Below are positions 41,401-51,171 of a stretch of DNA of 51,171 nt, in pieces. Numbering within the stretch: the stretch's first letter is position 1; each line of letters begins with the position of its first letter. The stretch covers positions 1-51,171 of the forward strand of contig JYFJ02002773.1 in NCBI GenBank assembly GCA_000934665.2, given 5' to 3'. The notes below the pieces were generated by a model, which was not told the origin of the DNA, ran no database searches, and was given only the letters and a program-made list of their open reading frames with translations. Origin of the DNA: Catajapyx aquilonaris (lineage: Eukaryota). Both the position numbers and the translations under genes were made by a program.

Positions 41401-42840
41401 ATACACACACATAGTATTTATTTTATATAACCACCTGGAATAGCGTGACCACATGTCACTAGTGTCATGAGGTCAATTTAAAAAGGTTAAATTCCTCTGA
41501 TTGATAGGTCAGCTTTTGCCATGCGCGTTATTTCGCCTGATACATAACGAGCCGTGCGACATTTGACACGAATTAGAATTAGGGCGCAAAATGTGAAAAA
41601 AAAGCGATGAATTATAATTGGGCCAAGGGTTCCCGAGGAATGAAGGAATTTTTTTAATATGCCGTCGACTTATGTTTTTAAAATGATCCAAACTTTGGAC
41701 CATTTTTCTCCAGGCCATAGCTGGCTCCAGCGAAAAGGGAGCTGGAGAGTTGCATCGATTTCCGGATTGTAGGTTAATCCTTTCAGGATTACAAGGGGAT
41801 TCAAGTCCTTTTCTTGCTCATTTCACAGGCGACTGCAATTTACAGCGTCATCTATGTTTCACTTCGTTTGAAATTAACATTATGTTGGAAGTCGATTCCC
41901 TCTTTTTTTGTTGTCCACCCCAATCCCACTCTGATATCTACCAATGTTTAGTTTACGTGGCAGTTTATTGGGACAAGGATGTTATAGAGATGCAGATGGA
42001 TTTTTCAACTTATTGTAATCAAAGTAGAAATCCGCGCGTTTGTCCAGACAATTTGTATGCTGATATCAACCCAGTTTTTGCTGCAGGTCAGCAACGAAAC
42101 CTGTTCATCCACGTTTTAAAATCACTCAAACTTCTCTTTCTCTATGCGAGATCAGATCAGAATATTGCGGGCTTGAGGACTGAGATAAGCTGAGGATGTG
42201 AAATACACATGCACGTTCTGGAATGTGTTGTGTGTCACGCAAAGTCAAGTAAAAAATATAGTGAGGTAAACTGAAAGCACATGCATTTCACCTCCGATGT
42301 ACACAAGCCCAAACATTTTGATCTCCTCTCACTTGCCTGTGTGCTGTGTCGGTGTTTAGAAGAACGCAAGCAAAAGTGTCACAAAATACACAACTTGGGT
42401 GACAAATGTTAGTATCTTAACGTTCCATCCACAGGACTCTTTTTGCAAAAAGGGGAAAAAAATGTGCCAAAGTTAGCTCCAGATCTCTCTGATTTTTTAA
42501 GTTATTGTTCTTGTCGCTTTTCCTGGCTGAGATGCTAGTTCACTTCCAGATGTTTTTATGTAAAGTATATTTGTAAATAAAGGGACTACTGAAAACAGAT
42601 TCCTGGTAATTATATGCAACAGCAATTTCCAGGAAATGACAAAGTGGGATTTCACTTCATACGTACTTTATGTATACAGGTACATAGATAAAACATAATT
42701 GCACTAAAACCTTTGCACAATAGACACAGTCTAAATGCATAACAATACTGACTGATCACAGTGAGCATAATACTTAAAACATTCACCACCTTTACAGGTG
42801 TTTCCTTGCTTTAAAAAAATTAAAAGGCTTTTAATATAAA

Positions 42841-45800
42841 TTAAGATGTGGCACCAGCATCTTCAGTTGAACTGACAGTTGCTTCCACAAGAAGACCCAA
42901 ATCCAACTCGGTGAGGCTTGCTGAAACACAAATACTTCAATAACAATTGCTCATATTAGCATTCATCCTAGGACATGTTCCTGAAAAGACAACAAATTAC
43001 TGCCTCTGATAATGACAAGGGACTGATTGTATCAAAGAAACCTAGGAAAAATCAATTATGTGTAAGTATTCACAACACATAACCAGCATAATCAGAGATT
43101 TCCCCCACAATTTGAGTTCTTGCAACTGACCCTGAAACTTGAAAATGGTAGTTGCAGATTGCTCCTTAAATATTTTAAAATCAGAAATTCACTTTACTAG
43201 TCCACCCACACACTATCTGAGCATGAAATATGTAGGTTGACCAAAGTAGTAACATACCTTTGGCAGTAAGCAGGTTGAGAAAGGTGTCAAGAGGTGACAA
43301 GCGATCGGCCGAGGGAAATGCAGCTAAGCCCAACCCACCCTTTGTTTCGCCCCTCCTGTGGTGGTGATGCAGGTAATTGTGATGGTGGTGGTGATGACCA
43401 GGAGGATCCCGCCCCCCTACTCCAGAAAGAATATTCAGTGCATGCTCCCTGGCCCTTAGCATGAGGCTAGATGGGTGGGGCCACTGGTTCAAGATTCGCT
43501 TGGCTCTGGTCCTCGGAAGCAGTGAAACAAGCTGCAGCTTGGTCCTCCCAGATGCATCTTCAGGGAGATCAGCCATTATGAGCTTCACCACATCCACCTG
43601 TAGGTCGAGGACACCCTTCTGGGCATACTGGGTGAAAAAAGGGAAAGGAAGTGTGCGGTATCCCAGGTAGGCAAAAAATGACGTGAATCCCTGCGGCAGG
43701 GGAAAACCCAGCTCCTCCACAGAAAGATAGTATCGTTCTAGGAGGGTGAACAGGAGGCGGCGGCTGTCCTGATCAGACTGATCTCTGAAAAGAAAGTGTA
43801 GGAAAGAAATAGTACTAAATTGCACTTCAAACTGCAGTTAATGATGAGATGCAAGGTGGAGTTCCTACAGAGTGATCTACTGTATCAAAAATATCCCTAT
43901 GCAGAAGGCTTGAGAAGTAACCATTCCTATACAAGTGAATAACAGCAAAAACATTCCCTTCAGTGAAAAAAAAAGGGTAGTAAGACCTCTGTGGCGGAAT
44001 TAAAGTACTGAAACAAGTCAGGCGCACATAAGACCTTCACCAATTGATTCATGCTGTACCATAGGTCTTACGCAATTCTGAAATTAATTCTCATTAAGTA
44101 TTCTTTCTGGAAACAGTTCATTGAGCCACTCCAAATAAGTGTTTTCTAAAATGAGGAACCTCAATATTGAGTACCAATAGGCTACATTGAATTTCTAAAT
44201 GATTGGTGAGAATTTATATGAAACAGTTATTTCACTGTAAATGTTTAATTTTTTCACATGCAGATGTAAATGTGCGAATTTTCGAAGGTATTTTCCGAGG
44301 AGATTCTGCTGAATTGTGGATTTTCAAGAGCGAAAATTTCAGAGTATGGGAGGATGGGCTGATTTTTTAAATTTTCAAAATAAAACCCTGCTTACTGCTA
44401 TAAGTAATTTGCAGTAGTACAACTTTTTACAGGCCATTCCGCACAATACTTCAGAATTGCTTGCCTACAGCTTAAATCAATTGGTGAAGGTCTTCCGTGC
44501 GCCTCCCTTGTTTCAGTACTTTCATTCCGCCACGGAGGTCTTACTAGCCTTTTTTTTCACTGAAGGGAATGTTTTTGCTCTTATTTCAGTTCTTTTTTTA
44601 AAAGGAATTAGTACAATCATGCCTCATTTAACAACAATACATGGTGTAGGTATCGCAGTGTTTTGCAGAGCAGTCATAATCATAAACTTGGTTTGATTGA
44701 CACAAATTTTAAAATGTGACCCCTGATGCATGGTTTGGTTTATTCATGGGAAGGCTCAGAACCAACTCAGCTATAATCAGGGGCTCACTTAACATAATGG
44801 AATGACCTACAGGAAGGACTGGTGCATAGTCATTAAGATCATTAAGACTTTCAGTATGGTAAAAGCAATGCATCAAGATCGAGTGCTTTCTTAATTACTT
44901 ACATGAGCCTAAATCCTCGTTCTGAGTCTCTGTCTGGGTCAACGCCTCCCAGCAAGCACACTAAGTGACAGAGCAACCGGGACATCTCCAGCTGAGCGCC
45001 AACGTACTTGGTGGCAACAGCATGAACATGCATTGGCGAATCACGAGGGTTGTTCTTCAGCAGATGCATGCTCAGCTCCCGCAAGTTCTGTAATGCATTA
45101 CAAGAGTAACCTAAGTAGGAAAATTTGACCTTCTGTTTTCCCCTGATATGCATTATAATTCACACATGTGTCCAGATGGTCCATTATCATCATTCACATA
45201 AATAAGCACCAAAGTGCCATTGCCAATCATGATAATTATCAGACTACTGGCAAGAAATATGGCATGAAACCCAATATAGTGGCCCAAAACCACTGATTTA
45301 ATTGGTTGAATATAAAACATTTAACACAAGATATCTTTAATTTAACTTTAATATCCCCTTGTTCAACTTATCCAGGTTGCGAAAGTGCCAACATGCTCAC
45401 CACAGATATAACATACTCCTGCTTGCTAGCGGTGCAGCTCTCGACTTCTTGGAAGGGCAACACATCTGGCCCCTTTCTGCTCAGGATCCCAGTGATGTCA
45501 GCCATGGTTCCAGTGCAGATGAGTGGGGAGGTGGGTGACATGGGAGTGCTGGCCCTAGACAGTGCTTCAGGCTGGTAGCACAGCAGGGACACCATCAGTT
45601 TCTCTGCCACCTGGCTGGGCTTGAACCGAGACCTGGTGCTTCCACTGCCTCCTCCTCCTCCCCCACTGCTCGAGTCCCTGTTCCCAATTCCCCTCTGCTG
45701 GAGGTGGTCCCAGAGTCGAGTCCAGGTATCACTGTGGTAGCGGGCCAGCCTTTGCTGAGGTGAAAGGAGCATGGTGGCAACATTGCCTACATGGGTCTGC

Positions 45801-48800
45801 ACCAGACGAATGTTCTGTTCTGCAATCTGGTCATGTATAGAGAAAAGAGTTACTATTGTGCAAAATATGTTAGAGAAATCATTATTTGTGAATCTGGAAT
45901 TAGGTGAAAGCAGACAAGCATGCACAAGAAATAAAAACCCTAGAGGTTGATTTACTAGACAACCCTTTTAATCACGTAACTGAAGTAATACTCGTACCTT
46001 AATTTCTGCGCTGCTGGCAGCTGCAACAGTAGTGAATGGTAACAAGCACAGCAGCTGAGATGCGTCTGAGGGCAGATTCTTCCTGGCACCAGAGTATGCA
46101 GCAGACACAAGAAACTCCTGGAAGACCTTGGGGATATCCAGGTTGAGTGGGTTCTCACAGACCAAGCCTAGCACTTCCTTGGCTCCTTCCAAGTCCCCCA
46201 TGTGGAACAGGAAGTAATGCAGAGCTGCCAGTTCAGAGCACAGGGGTGGCTTAGGGCCCAGGGCAGCAAGCAGTGACTCACGGCGGTATAGGGCCAGCTC
46301 CACAAAGGACAGGGTCGTGAGGTCCAGAAACAGAGACGAACGGCGGCTGTTATGGCAAGTGTTGCGGCTTGTGGTGGAAGGAGATGCGGAAGTGGCAGAT
46401 GAGAGAGGTGCCAAGCGAAGAGGTGTTGATGTCACTGGGAGGATGTCATTGGGTGGGAGGAACAAGTGGTGGCAAGGCTCATGGGAAAGGCCCACATCCA
46501 GGAGGTGAACAAACAATCCTGGGGCCAGGACCAGCAGGTGGTGATCTAGAAGTTAAAGGAGTTTTATTAGGGCGCAATAGTGGTGGCTCTCGTAAGCGTA
46601 CAGGAGCATAAGTTGCGACGCAACTTCCATACGTATGGACGACCCCATCTCGCTGGAAAGTTATCGGAGGTGCGGAACTGAAACCATCCCATAAATCTAG
46701 GGGTTTTGAATGTGCGTTCCGTCAGGTCGAATTTTTAATCACCTCCCCAACCAAATGCAATGCAATGGTGTGAGGTGTAGCCAGGGGTGGCATAGTCAGG
46801 AAGGATTTTTGCCAACGGCCACATGGTTCACATTGTGCAGCTAAATACCCCATGAAAAATTACTTCCTATGCAACATGATAGGTTTTAAAAAGGAGTGGG
46901 CTTCCATACACTGTGCAACAATCACCACCGCCTGCTGCTCCTGATTGGCCTAGAATGACTTCCACCCAACCTGAGAGAGAAACCCCCATCTATAACAACA
47001 TGGGACCTCCACGAATAAATTGAATCCAATCATACACTGCGAATCACACTTGCACAAAAACATTAAAATATGTCTCGAGGTCCACATAGAATTTGTATGT
47101 CTCCCAGCCCGCGCGATAAGTCTGTTCCAGGATTGGCTGTCAGAGCCCATTGCGTCACGGACACCAGTGATAGCTGGGGGTGAGTCCAGCCCATTAAAGA
47201 GCCGCTATGAGAGGCCACCACGATTGCAGATATACGACTCCTTTACCGGCAGCCATGCTTATAGACGTGACGTCACCTGTCCTAGCTTACATGTGGGAGC
47301 CACCACAATTCCGCCCTTAGTCTCACATTCCCCATAAACTGTTACCTGCCTTCAATCATATAAACTTAAACCTAAAAAAAGTGAGCACGAATGCAATGAT
47401 CTTCAGAAATCTACAATTCTCAGATTTACTGAGTCTCAAAAGTCATTCATCGTCATCGTTGGGCAACACTGATCTCAAAAACTGATATCTTGAATAGCAT
47501 TAATGGCAGGTGAGTGACTGGTACTGTATGTGCTAATAACTACGTAAAAGCACAAAACACAAGATGCGAGACTACAAAATATAATTTTAGAAAATGTAAG
47601 TTTACCTCCATGAAGGGCAAAGGTAATCTTGGTGGACTTGGCCTGTGACACTGTGATCCCAGGAACCACGACGTGAATGACGCAGCTGTGGTGGAGCAGT
47701 GTCACGGAATAGGCAAAATGCACAGTGTTGTTGGCTCCACTCATGTCTCCCGGAAGCAGTACCCTGGATGACTGGTACAAGTAATGATGGCAAATACACA
47801 CAACTCCAACTGGATCTGACACCACAGATAAATTCAGCAGGCCATCACTAAGACGCAGGGGGACATTCTGAGTGTCTGGCTGATGCTGAGACTCAAGCTT
47901 CATGGGAGGCATCTCAGGCATGTGCAGGGGAATGTTGAGTACAGTTTCATGTGGCATGTCGTCATGAAACTGAAGGCAGGAGAGCATGGCATGCATCTGA
48001 CGGCCACGACCCTCATCATCCACTCCACCATGGTGTAGTTCACGGAAGTGGACATAATGCAGCTGCCCATTGGGACAGTCCCACTGGGCCCAAACGTGGC
48101 CTCGAAGGATGGCCTCGGGAGTTGGCGCCTCAGGAGGAAGATGCCATGAATGGTCAGAAGAAGACCAACGGAGATCAATGTTGCACAAGGATATGGCTGG
48201 GGAAGAACAGGTTTAACGTTACAATCATATGGCACAGAGAATAACGAAATTCACTAAACTGTTTTCATCAAACTTACAGTCCTTGAATATAAATATGATT
48301 AACTGCTCAGTCCACGTTTCAGATTCAGGTGGGACTGTCTTCTTCTTGTACAGAAACTGTGCTTTGATTGGGGATTGGCTCTGAGAATACACCTCATTCC
48401 ATTTCTCCTCTTGCCAGTGGTTCACTTCCGTCACATGCAGCTTGTGATCCAAACCATCTTTCGCAACAAATGCTGCCAAAGGACAATGTGTAAAATTATG
48501 CTCCATTGACTGAGTTGCAGTTTGTGGCAGATTTTCCAAGCAGTCCTATTTATTCATTGCAACTCTAACCTGTCTAGGCTAATGTTCTCTACAAGACAGA
48601 GAAAATCATAACCACAAAGTGACTGATCAAAAGGTAAAATATGTGAGAATGGTTTCAATTTGAATTTATATACAATAGAACCCCAATTATCCAACCTCTG
48701 ATATTCAACTCTCTGGATTATCTGACTGTCTCGCTCCAGCAATAAACCTATATTTTTCTCATCAAATACTGTAATGTACTATGCATTTGTTTCGTATTGC

Positions 48801-49685
48801 CTTAGTAAAATTGTAAATACAGTACAGTAGAGTGCATATTTTTAAAACTCTTCCCCTATTTTTTAGAAAACCGTAATATTGTACTGTACACTATTTCATG
48901 TTTTTATAGATTTTGTGTTTTGTTTCAATAAAGTTTTCTTTGCTCCTCAGATTATCCAACCTTGCTTGTGTTCCGACCATGCCCCGGTCCTGTGGGTGAC
49001 AGATAATCGGGATTCTACTGTACTCAGGTACTCTAAACTTGTAATTACGGTAAATGCACATTTAAATTTCTCTCCACGAGTAATGTGAGACATACATATG
49101 AGACATCAACCATTGCAAGAAGTCAAACTTGTGTAACTGTATTGGATAAATGTACTTTATTTCTTTGCCTGAGAAAACCAGTGGTGTATCTTAACCACTT
49201 GTCAAGTCATAACTCATGCAATGCAATAAAAACCATATCTCATCCACACACTTACCTAATACTGTCTTAGTTTTGCTGACAGTGGCTTGTACCACATCAA
49301 CCACCTTGTGGAAACTGAGAAGCGTTTCTAGGCAATTGTTAATTGGATGGTATATCCCAATCTGAGTTTCCGAGTCCATCCTCCAGGAAAGAAGGAGGTA
49401 GCCATCCTGTTCTTCATTCAGTACGCTCAGGTCTGAGATGGAATCTGGAAGTGGAAGCAAGCACATCGTCACAAAAGGACACTTGAAAAAGTATGAAGCT
49501 AATTGACGCAACATTACTCCCTGGTGCAAGAGTGTCACTAGTGTTCTTAATAAGTGAGTGGGTGGAAGCACAGAGTGGAACTCATCACTACACGTACAGG
49601 AGAGCAGGTCCTTGACGATGAGCCTGAGCTGCCTCTTGGGCTGCGGCCTGCTGGGTTGTGGTGCTGCTGGGTTTGTAGCTGCCAT
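42841..49685 (-). CDS. GSAP: Gamma-secretase-activating protein / pigeon (PION) homologue, 9 coding exons, about 942 aa
   Basis: complement join(49685-49598,49444-49256,48472-48278,48196-47606,46545-45998,45826-45401,45087-44903,43784-43258,42920-42841) = 2829 nt, all GT-AG, phases consistent. Motifs: VLNEEQDG, AQFLY, HVWAQWD...LHYVH, LSCLQFH, VHLLDVG..EPCHHL, ELAALHY, FQEFLVSAAY, LLPFT, FPLPQGF, QWPHP, FPSADRLSPLDTFLNLLTAKASLTELD. The first exon and start codon are less certain. Confidence 0.93.
43936..44588. mobile_element. Foldback/MITE-like element with long (about 120-145 bp) imperfect inverted repeats in GSAP intron 7
   Basis: 43936-44082 (AGCAAAAACATTCCCTTCAGTGAAAAAAAAAGGGTAGTAAGACCTCTGTGGCGGAAT...AAGACCTTCACCAATTGATT) matches the reverse complement of 44450-44588. 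No clear TSD, so the superfamily is unassigned. Confidence 0.8.
46570..47316. mobile_element. PIF/Harbinger-type MITE (747 bp) in GSAP intron 4
   Basis: TIR GGGCGCAATAGTGGTGGCTCTC versus reverse complement GGGCGGAATTGTGGTGGCTCCC (19/22 identical), with weaker similarity continuing inward. 3-bp TSD TTA at 46567-46569 and 47317-47319. Confidence 0.75.
48673..49020. mobile_element. Tc1/mariner-pogo (Tigger-like) MITE (348 bp) in GSAP intron 2
   Basis: TA|CAATAGAACCCCAATTATCC ... AGATAATCGGGATTCTACTG|TA: imperfect ~20-bp TIR with TA TSD (48671-48672, 49021-49022). Internal GATTATC subterminal repeats. Confidence 0.8.
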
Positions 49686-50488
49686 CTAGGTACCTCTGCC
49701 TTTCAGGGCATGCCCCTTTCAGGTGCCAGCCAAATGGGTGCGACTCACCCAAAATACTGACGGATTCCCTGCAAAATAAAAGGGAATTTTCTCCCCTTTC
49801 AGCAGAATACTGCTCAACACGACAGCGCCATATTGATTCGGGGTTGGAGGCAGCGATGCCAGGTCGTGGAATCTTGATACCAACCGGTAGGGCGGTACCA
49901 ACCCACCAAAGGTAGAGCGTATTTAATTGCGTATTTAATGTTAATTTAGAGCTTTAATGAAAAAGGTTCAACCTGTCGTAAAATTGCAAATAAGGGGTCA
50001 GAAGCCCTGGTTCAAGGTCACACACGCTAAGGTGAATGTAACTCTGTGGGACCAGATTTGAATGGGTGCTGTCTTGGTGCTGTGTATTTGTCAATTTTAA
50101 TGGTACCTAGCAAAAATTTACTTCGCTGTTATACTATACTACCATACAATAACTATATTCGTTCAAGACACTAGGGCATGAAAAAATTTCACCATACCAA
50201 TGAAAATCCATTTTCTTGATAAACCTGTTGAGGGCTGTCGTATAGGCTATACAGTATGCTGGCTACATCTCCTGGCGTACCGTACAGCAAGTGCACTCCA
50301 CCAAGGCCAATGGCCCCATGCTCCATCTACCGGTCGTGTAAACCGTAACTATATATATAAAAAACATTTGTAAACAAAATATTAGCTACTGTATTGTACA
50401 GTATTTATGTCATAATGGATACAGTACTTGCCAAGAAATTACCTGAGTTTCCTGCGTTTCCTGTTGCATCTAGTTCATAGATATATTA

Positions 50489-50695
50489 AAGGGATAAAGG
50501 CTGGCCGTTAATATTCTATGATCTAGTTCAAGTGTGCCACTGGGGCTCTAGAATGTTCTTCTGGTACAGGTATACTGTATACCTTTGGAGTGCCATGGGA
50601 GTATTGTAGGAACGATAGTCCCTATAAGTAAGATCATCAGGTAGTTTTCCAACAATTAATTTTTTTGCCTTGTTGGGACGATTTTGTGCCGAGCT
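50489..50695 (-). pseudogene. Decayed second RRM-like segment downstream of the RRM exon
   Basis: KKLIVGKLPDDLTY (50665-50624, RNP2-like) and INGQPLSL (50512-50489, RRM beta4-like) are in the same frame but separated by two stop codons. I could not build a clean spliced ORF by eye. Confidence 0.4.
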
Positions 50696-50848
50696 CTACA
50701 GGCCTTATCCTTCCACACAGAGACTTCAAGTTTTGAACATACCTCCGTACTGCACCAACTTATCCCCCTAACCTCTATGCAAATTACCCTATTTCATCTC
50801 ACAGCCAATTATAGTCTATGACTCTATGGGCTAAAGAATGAAGCTTAC

Positions 50849-51022
50849 CTGTTGGATCAGCTCCTGCGCTACGTGGTCTGATTTGAATGTGACAAATCCG
50901 TATCCATTCGAAATCTCGACTGCCTTCATGTCCCCAAATTGATCAAATAATGCCGTTAATTGCAATAAAGACATTTGAGGAGGAATCCCTCCTACGAGAA
51001 CTCTATTTCCATCAGTGCTCAT
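50849..51022 (-). CDS. RRM-domain exon, Boule/DAZ-like RNA-binding protein (partial; possibly a pseudogene)
   Basis: MSTDGNRVLVGGIPPQMSLLQLTALFDQFGDMKAVEISNGYGFVTFKSDHVAQELIQQ contains RNP2 (VLVGGI) and RNP1 (NGYGFVTF). Donor CAG|GTAAGC at 50848; acceptor TTGTTTCAG at 51099-51100, and the frame is open back to it. The beta2-beta3 loop is shorter than in Boule, so orthology is not asserted. Confidence 0.7.
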
Positions 51023-51024
51023 TC

Positions 51025-51078
51025 CCCGCCGGGATACAAGATATCCAGTACACACTGGATATCTTGTATCCCGGCGGG
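51025..51078. repeat. Perfect 25-bp-stem hairpin with 4-nt loop
   Basis: CCCGCCGGGATACAAGATATCCAGT-acac-ACTGGATATCTTGTATCCCGGCGGG. Confidence 0.97.
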
Positions 51079-51171
51079 ATTTTCCCGCCCGTTGCCATCT
51101 GAAACAACAACATATGATTATTACCGGTATATTTACAAAGTTCACTCAACCTTACTGCATTAAGGGGGGGG

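Overview
Eukaryotic genomic DNA from an invertebrate animal, probably an arthropod (inferred from the pigeon-type GSAP and a Ruka/Nin-like SINE). Three spliced genes were reconstructed by hand: TBCD (+, 14 coding exons, 1187 aa, one GC-AG intron), a UBE2QL1-type E2 enzyme (+, 2 coding exons split by an 8.5-kb intron, 308 aa; exon 2 is absent from the ORF track) and GSAP/pigeon (-, 9 coding exons, about 942 aa). At the right edge is a Boule/DAZ-like RRM exon that looks partly decayed, with a perfect 25-bp hairpin and an overlapping uORF just upstream of its ATG. Non-coding DNA holds non-autonomous DNA transposons with matching TIR/TSD signatures (hAT-Charlie, piggyBac-like, PIF/Harbinger, pogo/Tc1), a long intronic foldback, a tRNA-derived SINE and a 30-bp CCAAT minisatellite. 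TACAGTA/TACTGTA heptamers appear in excess, several at the centre of perfect palindromes. No CRISPR, rRNA or intact tRNA gene was seen. I cannot claim a demonstrably new system; the best leads are the footprint-centred palindromes and the hairpin/uORF RRM locus.
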